A DNA stretch of 64,000 nucleotides. Origin: Phycisphaerae bacterium. GTDB lineage: Bacteria; Planctomycetota; Phycisphaerae; UBA1845. Position 1 is the first letter of the stretch. Each line of letters opens with the position of its first letter. Shown in pieces: positions 39,078 through 49,315 of the stretch. A program made the translations under genes and the position numbers. Location of the stretch: assembly GCA_029260115.1 (NCBI GenBank), contig JAJDDW010000114.1, positions 18,504 to 82,503 on the forward strand, in the 5' to 3' direction. The notes below the pieces were generated by a model. The model made no database searches and had not been told where the DNA came from. It saw nothing but the letters and a program-made list of their open reading frames with translations.

Positions 39078-39860
39078 ATGCCATTAACTTATCGTGACTA
39101 TTTGATGATCGACGAATTGCTTTCTTTGCAGCAATCGCGCTCCCACCCACCGGAGCATGACGAACAGTTATTCATCATCATTCACCAAGTTTACGAACTA
39201 TGGTTCAAACTGATGCTACACGAGTTCGGCAAAATCAATCGTGATTTTTCGGGCAATGATTTATTCGGAGCCATCCACACTTTCAAACGTGTCCGCACGA
39301 TCATGAAAACGCTGGTAAGCCAAATTGATATTTTGGAAACGATGACGCCGATGTCGTTTACCAGTTTTCGTGATCGTCTCGACACGGCCTCCGGTTTTCA
39401 GTCCGTGCAATTTCGCGAGTTTGAATACGCGCTAGGTTACAAGCGCCCGGATATGCTCAAATACCACGAGCAAGCTAGCGCAGCCCATGCGACGCTATCC
39501 AAAAGATTAAATGAACGTAGTGTCATGGACCATTTCTATGACTTTTTGCAACACCAAGGCGCGTCGATTCCCAAGTTACTTCTTGAAAAACCCGTTGCAG
39601 CGCCAACGGCCGCGAATGAGGACATTCAGCAATCGTTGCATACGCTTTATACGACCAAGCCTGACTTAGCTATTCTTTTTGAATCCATGATGGATTTTGA
39701 TGAAGGCGCGCAGGAGTGGCGCTATCGGCATGTAAAACTCGTCGAGCGTACCATTGGCCAAAAGCATGGCACAGGCGGTTCGCTGGGCGTCGATTTTCTA
39801 AAGCAGTCCCTTTTTCAACCGCTCTTCCCAGACCTCTGGGCCATCCGACATCGGCTATAG
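39078..39860 (+). CDS. kynA: Tryptophan 2,3-dioxygenase
   Basis: YRDYL, HDEQLFIIIHQVYELWFK, ASGFQSVQFR, WRYRH, GTGGS. Confidence 0.96.
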   Translation: MPLTYRDYLMIDELLSLQQSRSHPPEHDEQLFIIIHQVYELWFKLMLHEFGKINRDFSGNDLFGAIHTFKRVRTIMKTLVSQIDILETMTPMSFTSFRDRLDTASGFQSVQFREFEYALGYKRPDMLKYHEQASAAHATLSKRLNERSVMDHFYDFLQHQGASIPKLLLEKPVAAPTAANEDIQQSLHTLYTTKPDLAILFESMMDFDEGAQEWRYRHVKLVERTIGQKHGTGGSLGVDFLKQSLFQPLFPDLWAIRHRL

Positions 39861-40101
39861 CCCCTTGGCGGTCGATCAGAGAGCTGAATTAAAGAAATTA
39901 TTACTTTTTGCATCCCGACCAACCGTCGTAGGACGTTTTTTCGGACTATATACTCTCTACCACACAGCCAACGTTGAAAATCACGCGAATTGGCCCTACG
40001 CTTATGTGGGGAGAATTGGCCTCGCTGCGTCCAGAAAATGAACAGGGGTAGATTTGGACTGCGGGCTGATAGTTGTTGTCTAACTAAGGGGGAACGCGTC
40101 C

Positions 40102-41892
40102 ATGCGGATGTCCAATATTGCGATCACAGTATTCGCTTCACTCACTTTCGGTGCTGCCGTTGCACATGCCCTTCCGATGTTCGTCGATCAAACATTGGAC
40201 GCGGGGGTTAGCTACGTTCAATGGGACGGCATCATGCCAGCCGGCGTGGACAACGGCGTTTTCATGATGTCCGGCGGCGCGGCAGCTGGCGACTTTGACA
40301 ACGACGGCTGGCCTGACCTCTATGTCACACGTATCGGCGCACCCAACCGACTCTTTCGAAATCTCACAAACGGCACGTTCGAGGAGGTTGGCACACTTCG
40401 CGGTGTTGCGTTAGATAGCTTTTCGACCGGATGCGCCTGGGCGGACATCGACAACGACGGCGACCTCGACCTCTACGTCCTCACCACGGAACCAGCGACG
40501 CGCCATTATCTATTTATTAACGATGGCACTGGGATGTTTACTGAACAGGCTATCGCGCGCGGCGCGGACATAACAACGAGTTCAGCTAAACGGTCATCTA
40601 CGAGTACAACATTTGGCGACTACAATCGAGACGGTTGGCTAGACGTTATCGTAGCTACTTGGTCACCCAATACTGCAAGCACCGGCGGCGAACGAACCTA
40701 CCTTCTCAAAAATACAGGTAATGGCAATTTCGTAGACGTGACCACCTCGGCAAACTTATTTTATCAAGACGTCGTATGGGGGTTTTCGCCGCGTTTTACG
40801 GATGTGGATAACGACGGCTGGCCCGACATTCTCATCGCTGCGGATTTCAACTCTAGCAAGCTTTATCACAATAATCAGGACGGCACTTTTACTGACATAA
40901 CATCGGCATCTAACGTGGCCACCGACGAAAATGGCATGGGCGCTACGGTTGGCGATTTCGAAAATGATGGCGATCTTGATTGGTTTGTCACTTCGATTTA
41001 CGATTCAGCAGCAACGTGCGATATTCCGGCTAATAGCTGTAATTGGGGAAATAGCGGTAATCGCATGTACGCCAATGGCGGAAGCGGCGTCTTCTCCGAC
41101 TCAACCGATTTCTGCGGTGTACGCGAAGGCTATTGGGGCTGGGGCACAACCTTTCTCGACTACGACAACGACGGCGATGCAGACCTTACGATGACCAACG
41201 GCGTGAATTTCCCCGTCACATTCGACGACCCATTCAACTTCAATCCGGTACGATTTTGGGATAATGACGGCACTGGCCAGATGACCGAAATCAGTGCCAC
41301 ACTAGGCCTGACCGACGCCCGCAGCGGCAAAGGCATTCTAACATTCGATTACGATCATGATGGTGACCAAGACATATTCGTGACCAACAACCGCGATACA
41401 CCTGTGCTATATCGCAACGACATTGGCAATGCCAAACCTTGGCTACAAGTACAATTACAGGGCTTCGAAACAAATCGCTCCGGCGTGGGTGCCCGCATAT
41501 ATGTGTATTCTACGGGAACTACCAATCCGCAGATGCGGGAAGTATCTGCCAGTTCTAATTTCATGTCGCATAACGACATCGTCGAACATTTTGGATTATC
41601 CACCGCAACTTTCGCCGACGTCGTGCGCGTCGATTGGCCATTGAGCGGCTTGACGTCGATCATGAGGAATATTCCGTCAGGCCAGAAGATCACCATCTAC
41701 GAACCACACGCCGGTGATTTCGACGGCGACAACCTCACGACCTTAGATGATGCGCAAGCATTCACGACTTGCCTAGCTGGCCCAAGCAGCAACCAATCGG
41801 CTACCCTATGCCGGGTCGGCGATATGGATGAGGATAGCGACGTCGATCTACAAGACGTGCAACTGTGGCAGATGCAATTTCAATCACCGTAA
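40102..41892 (+). CDS. Secreted CRTAC1-family protein (FG-GAP repeats plus ASPIC/UnbV) with dockerin-like tail
   Basis: Repeated GDFDNDGWPDLY motifs, NRSGVGARI...EHFGL...VDWP, C-terminal GDMDEDSDVDLQD. Confidence 0.9.
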   Translation: MRMSNIAITVFASLTFGAAVAHALPMFVDQTLDAGVSYVQWDGIMPAGVDNGVFMMSGGAAAGDFDNDGWPDLYVTRIGAPNRLFRNLTNGTFEEVGTLRGVALDSFSTGCAWADIDNDGDLDLYVLTTEPATRHYLFINDGTGMFTEQAIARGADITTSSAKRSSTSTTFGDYNRDGWLDVIVATWSPNTASTGGERTYLLKNTGNGNFVDVTTSANLFYQDVVWGFSPRFTDVDNDGWPDILIAADFNSSKLYHNNQDGTFTDITSASNVATDENGMGATVGDFENDGDLDWFVTSIYDSAATCDIPANSCNWGNSGNRMYANGGSGVFSDSTDFCGVREGYWGWGTTFLDYDNDGDADLTMTNGVNFPVTFDDPFNFNPVRFWDNDGTGQMTEISATLGLTDARSGKGILTFDYDHDGDQDIFVTNNRDTPVLYRNDIGNAKPWLQVQLQGFETNRSGVGARIYVYSTGTTNPQMREVSASSNFMSHNDIVEHFGLSTATFADVVRVDWPLSGLTSIMRNIPSGQKITIYEPHAGDFDGDNLTTLDDAQAFTTCLAGPSSNQSATLCRVGDMDEDSDVDLQDVQLWQMQFQSP

Positions 41893-41956
41893 TGGCAAAG
41901 CCAAATTCACGAATTCCGTTAGGCGAAATGGAGTTTCAGAATAACCGGCTGAATGG

Positions 41957-43630
41957 CTAACGCCCTGGTATATTCACCCCGCGATCCTTCGCGATCTCGT
42001 CCGCTTTTTCATAGCCTGCATCCACATGGCGAATCACGCCCATCGCGGGGTCTGCCGTGAGGACTCGTTGCAGGCGGGCTGCGGCTTCTTTCGTACCGTC
42101 GGCGACGATGACCTGCCCCGCGTGAATAGCGTAACCAATACCCACACCGCCGCCATGATGAACGGAAACCCAACTCGCTCCGCATGCGGTGTTGACTAGC
42201 GCATTGAGAATTGGCCAATCGGCAATGGCGTCTGAGCCATCCTTCATACCCTCGGTTTCGCGATTGGGCGAGGCGACGCTTCCACAATCCAAATGGTCCC
42301 GGCCAATGACAATCGGCGCGGTAATCTCACCGCTAGCAACCAAATCATTAAACACCAACCCCATCTTCGCTCGCTCGCCATAGCCTAGCCAGCAGATTCG
42401 CGCGGGCAATCCTTGAAAAGCCACCCGCTCACTGGCTAGCCGAATCCAACGGCAAAGATGTTCGTGCTGGGGAAAAGTTTCTAAAATCGCCCGGTCCGTG
42501 CGTTTTATATCATCCGGGTTTCCAGACAGCGCCGCCCAACGGAAAGGCCCTTGCCCTTCGCAAAAAAGCGGGCGGATAAACAGGGGCACGAAACCGATGA
42601 TGTCGAATGCATTTTCTACGCCCACCAGCTTAGCTTGGCCACGAATGTTATTGCCGTAATCAAAGGTCACCGCACCGCGCTGCTGCATCTCAAGCATCGC
42701 ACGAACGTGTTCGCCCATGGTCCGCATGGATTCGGTGATGTACCGATCGGGATCGGTCTTGCGTAACTTGACTGCCTCACCAAAACTCATCCCGTTGGGC
42801 ACATAGCCATCGAGGGCGTCATGGGCAGAAGTCTGGTCCGTGAGCATATCCGGCGTGATATCTCGCTTGATTAACGTCTGCAACACATCCGCACAATTAC
42901 CGAGCAGGCCAACCGACAACGGCTGATTATTAGCTACGGCATCTGTCGTCCACTGCAGGGCTTCGTCTAAATTGTCAGTCCACTTATCAAGATAACGCGT
43001 TTGAATACGCCGCTCGATACGGGCCTTGTCCACTTCCACGCATAGACAAACACCTTCGTTCATCGTCACGGCTAAAGGTTGCGCACCGCCCATGCCGCCA
43101 AGCCCACCGGTCAATACCCATTTCCCCTTCAACGAACCGCTGTAATGCTGTCGGGCAGCTGCGCCGAAAGTTTCATACGTGCCCTGCAAAATGCCCTGCG
43201 TTCCAATATAAATCCAACTCCCCGCAGTCATCTGCCCATACATCGTTAGCCCCAAAGCTTCGAGCTTGCGGAACTCGTCCCAGTTACCCCAATGGGGTAC
43301 GAGCATCGAATTCGAGATAAGCACGCGCGGGGCGTCCAGGTGCGTCATCACCACACCGACAGCTCGACCAGATTGCACGAGAAGCGTTTCGTCGTTTTCG
43401 AGTTGTTTCAAAGCGGTGACGATGCGATCGTAGTCGGGCCAAGATCGCGCGGCCTTCCCGCTTCCGCCATAAACAACAAGCTCAGCCGGGTTTTCTGCGA
43501 CGTCTGGATCGAGGTTGTTCATTAGCATGCGCATCGCAGCTTCCTGTTGCCAGCCTTTACAACTAAGCGTTGAGCCGTGCGGTGCTCGAATAGTGCGAGA
43601 TGATTTTTGCGACGAGGCTGCGACTGTCAT
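41957..43630 (-). CDS. hutU: Urocanate hydratase
   Basis: [49 protein letters not shown]. Start set to ATG 43630. Confidence 0.97.
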   Translation of the reverse strand: MTVAASSQKSSRTIRAPHGSTLSCKGWQQEAAMRMLMNNLDPDVAENPAELVVYGGSGKAARSWPDYDRIVTALKQLENDETLLVQSGRAVGVVMTHLDAPRVLISNSMLVPHWGNWDEFRKLEALGLTMYGQMTAGSWIYIGTQGILQGTYETFGAAARQHYSGSLKGKWVLTGGLGGMGGAQPLAVTMNEGVCLCVEVDKARIERRIQTRYLDKWTDNLDEALQWTTDAVANNQPLSVGLLGNCADVLQTLIKRDITPDMLTDQTSAHDALDGYVPNGMSFGEAVKLRKTDPDRYITESMRTMGEHVRAMLEMQQRGAVTFDYGNNIRGQAKLVGVENAFDIIGFVPLFIRPLFCEGQGPFRWAALSGNPDDIKRTDRAILETFPQHEHLCRWIRLASERVAFQGLPARICWLGYGERAKMGLVFNDLVASGEITAPIVIGRDHLDCGSVASPNRETEGMKDGSDAIADWPILNALVNTACGASWVSVHHGGGVGIGYAIHAGQVIVADGTKEAAARLQRVLTADPAMGVIRHVDAGYEKADEIAKDRGVNIPGR

Positions 43631-43683
43631 AGCGATAATTCCGTTTTTATAGCTTACCAAGCAATTCTTACACGACAGGTGAT

Positions 43684-43713
43684 ATTATAGGTGAGCATTT
43701 ACACTTGAGGCAA
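43684..43713 (-). promoter_or_regulatory. Candidate sigma70 promoter for hutU (TTGCCT-N18-TATAAT)
   Basis: Perfect -10 hexamer about 55 bp upstream of the start codon. Confidence 0.4.
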
Positions 43714-43786
43714 CTTGCGCATTGGCCAACCCAAAAAACCGGCTAAATGGTGATAGTCCGGTTTGGGGGCATCTGAATACGAGCAG

Positions 43787-44593
43787 TTAATCCGCCGTCG
43801 ATTCGAGATCAATCTTATCTACTAGCCCGGCATTATGTTGCGGACGAGACGGACCTGGGGCAGTGTTTTGGCTGGTATCTTGGGCCTTCATGTCGTAAGG
43901 GGAGTCGATGAGCCTTACGCGAAACCGCGCGTCACCGATTTGCAGCGTATCCTGATCTTCAAGAATTCTGAACATCGTCGCCTCATCGTTGACCAGCGTG
44001 CCGTTATGTGAATATAAATCCACAACGACAGGCCGTCCAAAATATCGCATCAACAAAGCATGCACACGCGATACACGATTATCATCAAGGTGAATATCGC
44101 AGCCCCCGCGCCGACCAATCAAACATACCACCCGGTTAGGCTGAAGAATTCTTTTCGAATCGAGATGTTCCAGGGCAACCACTACAGGCACGGGTTCTAA
44201 TCCAAACTGATGCGCACCGGAATCGACATCGTGATCGTGAGGCTGCACAATATCAACGCGAAACGTCCAATGACCAACCTGCAGCATGTCACCATCAGTT
44301 AGCTGTTCATGCTCCATCTTCAAGCCGTTTAACCGCGTACCTAACTTTGATAATAGATCGATAGCGTATACATGCTCACCGTTATTCACAATGGCGACGT
44401 GCAGGGCAGAAACTTTTCGATGTGGCAGTACGATCTTACAACTTGGTTGTGATCCAATCGTAGTGACCAATCGACGGCACTCGATGTCGACCTTGTCGTC
44501 TGAGCCTGCGATGACCTTAAGCGTCACCCGCGGAGCAGACGCAGCAGCAATGGGTATCGAATCAGATGTCATAACGGCACCGAGCAAGCGCAT
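43787..44593 (-). CDS. Tandem FHA-domain protein
   Basis: Two FHA motifs: TIGS...VSALH...SKLGTRLNG and LIGR...VSRVHA...SHNGTLVN. Confidence 0.88.
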   Translation of the reverse strand: MRLLGAVMTSDSIPIAAASAPRVTLKVIAGSDDKVDIECRRLVTTIGSQPSCKIVLPHRKVSALHVAIVNNGEHVYAIDLLSKLGTRLNGLKMEHEQLTDGDMLQVGHWTFRVDIVQPHDHDVDSGAHQFGLEPVPVVVALEHLDSKRILQPNRVVCLIGRRGGCDIHLDDNRVSRVHALLMRYFGRPVVVDLYSHNGTLVNDEATMFRILEDQDTLQIGDARFRVRLIDSPYDMKAQDTSQNTAPGPSRPQHNAGLVDKIDLESTAD

Positions 44594-44819
44594 ACTACTC
44601 CTGTGCTTTTTCGTAAGTACCCCTTACAAAGGATTTGGCCAGCGCCAAACTCCCAGCATATACATTATACCGAGCGAGGAACCTCGATTCCAGCTATTTC
44701 AGTAGAAAGTAGCCCTGCGCACGTCATTGTCGGCTTAGAATCGGGGCTAATTGAGTTGAGTAGCGATCGCACCCAGTCAAGCGGGTGTCACTACCGGTTA
44801 GCCGCAAATTGGCACAAAA

Positions 44820-45440
44820 TTATTTTCCGTCAATCTGGAGAAACTCGACCATATACTGGTCATACGCTTCCTGCCCAGTCGGAGAACTCAAGGAAAGGCC
44901 TAGCTCATTGATGACCTTAGTCCCCATCGGAATCCATTCTTGCCAGCAGCCTTGGCAAATATTGTCCGCCAGGGTGACACCCAACGCGCCCTTGAAAGGA
45001 GGCTTTTCGAGTTGTTGGTCAGGCCGGCCACACCGTGCGCAAGAGAAGCCCTCTTTAGAAGAGCCGTTACCAGATGACACCGCCTTGGGTGCAGTGTCTT
45101 GGGCAATTTCAGGAACAGCAGCCCCCCAGTCGCGCAGCAGTTTGATCATCGAATCCCGAGGCATGACATCGCCTTGCTTATCGGCAACCGCAACGCCTTT
45201 AGTAACGACTTCCACGGCTTTATCTTTTTGCTCAGCCCCGGCTGCGGCCTCACCAAAAAGCTGATAGGCTTTGCTCATGGTAGGCTTGAGTTGTATGACG
45301 CGATCTAACGAAACCATCGCCTCCGCAAATTGACCGGCTTCCAATAGCGCCTTGCCCAGACTAAAGTGCCCGAGTTCATTGTTAGGGTCTGCCTCTGCCA
45401 TTTGTTTGAATTGTTGTATCCGCGGGTCTACGCTCATCAT
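44820..45440 (-). CDS. TPR plus Fe(II)-trafficking (YggX-like) domain fusion protein
   Basis: N-terminal TPRs; C-terminal PPFKGALG...CWQEW...TKVINELGL...MVEFL. Confidence 0.82.
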   Translation of the reverse strand: MMSVDPRIQQFKQMAEADPNNELGHFSLGKALLEAGQFAEAMVSLDRVIQLKPTMSKAYQLFGEAAAGAEQKDKAVEVVTKGVAVADKQGDVMPRDSMIKLLRDWGAAVPEIAQDTAPKAVSSGNGSSKEGFSCARCGRPDQQLEKPPFKGALGVTLADNICQGCWQEWIPMGTKVINELGLSLSSPTGQEAYDQYMVEFLQIDGK

Positions 45441-45529
45441 TCGCTCACTTTCCTAGCTACCAAAAATTACCTCAAGCTCCGTTAGGGATTGTACTTCGCC
45501 AACGATCAAAACGTCTAGCGGGAATGGCC

Positions 45530-46717
45530 CTAATGACGAAGAAAAAACTCCAGCAGTTCATGTCCTGGGTTAATCTGCAGGTCACTGTCGCAGGCATTAG
45601 CCTCAGAAAACGGTCGATTTAGTACCGTGTTAATCAAATGACCAGCCAGGCAAAACGGCGGCGGGGTCATGGTGTGAACCCGGCTGCCCACTGGGGTAGG
45701 ATGATCCGGCGCTATCATAATGCGCCACGCATCATACGCACGTAGCTTCTCCAACAACGGGCCAACAATGTGAGTATCAATCTGTTCAATGGCCGCCACT
45801 TTCGCCGCGGCGTCCCCCTGATGCCCGGCTTCGTCCGGCGCTTCGATGTGAACAACGACAAGATCGTACTCATCGACCGCCTCGACGGCCGCGGCCCCCT
45901 TCGCGGCATAATCGGTATCCAAATATCCCGTCGCACCTGGAACGTCGAGCACCGTCAGACCAGCACACGACGCAATACCACGTATCAAGTCCACGGCTGC
46001 GATGCACGCACCGCTGATGCCAAAACGCTTCGTCATCGGCTCTAAACTCGCGGGCTTTCCATAACCCCATAGCCAAATGTCGGTGACAGGATTTTCGCCC
46101 AGGTCGCGCCGCACATTGTTCACCTCATGTTCAGCCAATATCTCATGCGCCTTAGCCATGATTTGGGCCAACTTATGTGCCCCTTTTCCCTTGGGAAAAT
46201 GCTTGGCTACTGCTTGACCAGGAATATCATGCGGCGGCGTACACAACGCTTTCATCTCGGCGATGTCGCTGGCTACCATTAAGTTGCGATATGAAACCCC
46301 GGCATGAAACACGCACTCCGATTGGCCTAGTTGTTGGTTCAAATCGCTGATGAGTTGACGGGCTTCGCTATCGCCAATGTGCCCAGCCGTGAAATCTTCC
46401 ATCACGCCATCGACAATGGTCACGAAATTACAGCGAAAAATGAGTTGATCCGCAGCGGCAGACACGCCACGCGCGACCGCTTCCAACGGCGCTCGGCCTG
46501 GATAGCAAGTGTGCGGATCATAGCCCATTAGTGACAACGTAGCCACGTCACTTCCCGGACTAAACCCTTCTGGCACGGTCACCACGCACCCTTGCCGCCC
46601 GTGAATAGAAACCCAATCGATGTTTGGCGTCTGGGCAAAAGCCAAGGGTGTGAGATCGTTCAACGCCGCAATGGGTTCATCAGCGGCCCCATCTGGTAAT
46701 ACAATGACAAATTTCAT
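45530..46717 (-). CDS. apgM: Cofactor-independent phosphoglycerate mutase, ApgM family
   Basis: DGAAD, TPNID, PGSDVA, GRAPLEA, HIEAPDEAGH, PDHPTP. Confidence 0.88.
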   Translation of the reverse strand: MKFVIVLPDGAADEPIAALNDLTPLAFAQTPNIDWVSIHGRQGCVVTVPEGFSPGSDVATLSLMGYDPHTCYPGRAPLEAVARGVSAAADQLIFRCNFVTIVDGVMEDFTAGHIGDSEARQLISDLNQQLGQSECVFHAGVSYRNLMVASDIAEMKALCTPPHDIPGQAVAKHFPKGKGAHKLAQIMAKAHEILAEHEVNNVRRDLGENPVTDIWLWGYGKPASLEPMTKRFGISGACIAAVDLIRGIASCAGLTVLDVPGATGYLDTDYAAKGAAAVEAVDEYDLVVVHIEAPDEAGHQGDAAAKVAAIEQIDTHIVGPLLEKLRAYDAWRIMIAPDHPTPVGSRVHTMTPPPFCLAGHLINTVLNRPFSEANACDSDLQINPGHELLEFFLRH

Positions 46718-46828
46718 GAAAAATTTAACGCGTTAAAACTTCTTAACTACGTGCGAGCTACAGCCCGTAACTCTAAAACATCTTAATGTTCCAGGCAAAC
46801 TCCGGCTAGATGGGCCTCATTTTCGGCA

Positions 46829-49126
46829 TCAAGAAAAAGACACCGGATCAACATCCACAACCAGCGACTTCGCCTTAGAGAACAAGCACTTCTGCTCACG
46901 TAGCGCCTTCATCAGCCTTCGCAAGTCCGACGCATTAGCCGTGCGTACGATGGCATCGTAGCGATATAAGTTGCGAATCCGGGCCATCGCACAAGCGTTT
47001 GGGCCTAACACCTCCGCGCCGGCTAGCGCCATGTCCGTAAGCACAGCCTGAATCCTACACACCACCACATCTGTTTCATCCCTGGCTATCTCCTCGCGCG
47101 GATGCGATAAGATGAACCTCACAATCCGCGAAAACGGAGGCAGCGATGCGCGTTGGCGCACTGCTAATTCGTTTTCCGCAAAGGTATCATAATCATGAGT
47201 TAGCGCAGCGCGCATAGCAGGCAACTCGGGAACCGTTGTTTGCACCACCACTTGGGCATCACCCTCAGCCCGGCCTGCCCGACCAGCCACTTGTGTCACG
47301 AGCTGGAAAAGTCGTTCATTCATACGAAAATCTGTCGCATAGCCCGACGGGTCAGCGTCCACCACGCCAACGAAGCTAACATGCGGAAAGTCCAAACCCT
47401 TCGCGATCATCTGCGTACCGATCAACACATCAATCTCACGATCCTGAAACTGCTTCACGATACGCTCGTATTCGCTACGGTGTGTCATCGTATCGCTATC
47501 TACACGTGCGATTATTGCCTCAGGAAAAAAACCACGCACGTCATCTTCCAGTCGCTGCGTACCAAAGCCAACTTGTTGTAGCTGCTGCCCGCAAGACGGA
47601 TTAGTACAAATCGTAGGGATGGGCGTTCGCAAATTGCAATAATGACAACGACATTGCTTCGAGGCTGCATGCACGACCATGCCAACTTGGCAACTCGGGC
47701 AGGTGACGCGGGATTTGCACGTCGGACAAAATACGCGATACGCAAACCCACGGCGATTGAGTAACATCATAGCCTGTTGTTTGCGAGCTAGCGTTTCGCC
47801 AAGCAAGCGGTGCATCGACCGGGAAAGCAGCACAGGCTGTTTACATTCCGCCCATTCGTCGCGCATATCGATCACATGAATTTTCGGTAGCGACAGCGAC
47901 ATGACACGAGAGGGCAATACCTGCAAATGATAATCAGGGCGCGTGCGTGCATGGAAAAAAGTTTCTAGAGAGGGCGTAGCAGACCCCAGCACGATGGGAA
48001 TTTTGTGCAAGTTGGCCCGCATAATCGCGACGTCACGCACATGAAAACGCGGCGTTTGCAGGTTTTTATAGCTTGGTTCTTGCTCTTCATCTACGCAAAT
48101 TAGACCCAAATTGGGACACGGCGCAAACACGGCACTGCGCGTCCCGATCACAACTTTCTTATCGCCCATAGCCACGCGTCGCCACATGATCGACCGCTGC
48201 GACCCCGTTAGCCCGCTATGGAAAAGCGCTACATCCGGCAAACGATGCAATAGTCGAGACACCAACTGCGTAGTGAGCACAATCTCCGGCACGAGAAGAA
48301 TGGCCTGTTGCCCCCGGGCTAACGCCCGACGAATGGCGTGGATGTAAACCTCCGTCTTCCCGCTACCGCTGACCCCATGCAACAACATCACACCAAATTC
48401 GTTTCCCTTAGCCATCTTCTCGACATGGTCGCAGGCTGCCTGCTGATCGTTATTAAGCGTAAACTCTGGATCAATTTGCTCGATAAACGCATCGTCTAGC
48501 TCGGGTAGCTCCTTCCGCGTCTCAACAGACACCCAACCATTCTTCACCAATGCCGCCAATACGCTCGCCCCCGCGCCGACGTGTTTCAGTAAAGCATTCA
48601 CCAACATCGGCTGATGTGCCTGCTGTAACGATTCGAGTATCGCCCGCCGCTTTGCGCTTATGCTGGCTCGCTCATCGATTTCGTCAAGTGGCGTCACCAG
48701 CTTGGCATAACGCACCGAGCGCAGTCCCGACTCTTTCCGAACTGCTTCCGGAAGCATAGCTTTTAACGCCAGGCCCCACGCACAGGAATAATGACGACTA
48801 ATCTGTTTCCCTAACGCGATGAGCTTTTCGCTGAGAAATGTTTTTTCATCGACGCATTTTTCGATGGATCGCAGGGTAGAATCCCAAAACTTTTTATCCA
48901 GGCTGACAACAAATCCTTCAACCTCTCGCCCGCGCTTGCCAGTCTGCACCAATACTCGCTGACCAATTTCTATCCCCTCATCCATACTTTCTGGCACGTT
49001 GAAATGATAGGTTTTATCCGTCGCAAGAATCGGCGCGACCTCGGCCACCAGACCCTCACTCTGCTGACCCTGCTCTATCCAAAGGAACTCGTTGGATTGA
49101 GATATGATTGAAGAGTCTCCAGCCAT
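46829..49126 (-). CDS. priA: Primosomal protein N' (replication restart helicase)
   Basis: GVSGSGKTEVY, DEEQE, GSATPS, four CxxC pairs, GTQMIAKGLDF, QVAGRAGR. Start set to ATG 49126. Confidence 0.96.
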   Translation of the reverse strand: MAGDSSIISQSNEFLWIEQGQQSEGLVAEVAPILATDKTYHFNVPESMDEGIEIGQRVLVQTGKRGREVEGFVVSLDKKFWDSTLRSIEKCVDEKTFLSEKLIALGKQISRHYSCAWGLALKAMLPEAVRKESGLRSVRYAKLVTPLDEIDERASISAKRRAILESLQQAHQPMLVNALLKHVGAGASVLAALVKNGWVSVETRKELPELDDAFIEQIDPEFTLNNDQQAACDHVEKMAKGNEFGVMLLHGVSGSGKTEVYIHAIRRALARGQQAILLVPEIVLTTQLVSRLLHRLPDVALFHSGLTGSQRSIMWRRVAMGDKKVVIGTRSAVFAPCPNLGLICVDEEQEPSYKNLQTPRFHVRDVAIMRANLHKIPIVLGSATPSLETFFHARTRPDYHLQVLPSRVMSLSLPKIHVIDMRDEWAECKQPVLLSRSMHRLLGETLARKQQAMMLLNRRGFAYRVFCPTCKSRVTCPSCQVGMVVHAASKQCRCHYCNLRTPIPTICTNPSCGQQLQQVGFGTQRLEDDVRGFFPEAIIARVDSDTMTHRSEYERIVKQFQDREIDVLIGTQMIAKGLDFPHVSFVGVVDADPSGYATDFRMNERLFQLVTQVAGRAGRAEGDAQVVVQTTVPELPAMRAALTHDYDTFAENELAVRQRASLPPFSRIVRFILSHPREEIARDETDVVVCRIQAVLTDMALAGAEVLGPNACAMARIRNLYRYDAIVRTANASDLRRLMKALREQKCLFSKAKSLVVDVDPVSFS

Positions 49127-49315
49127 GTAATCGCCCAGCATGTGCAAAAAACAAAAGAGCAAGTTCCAAAGGCGTATTCTAGCAGAGAATGAGTTAAAAA
49201 TCCGCCCTGTTGAGAATAAACCCCTCACTGCGCTTGAACAAATTGCAGCCTGCAAATACCTTAGCCTCAGAAATAGTATTCAGGGCGTAGTCGCCGACTT
49301 TCAAGGGAATCAGCC

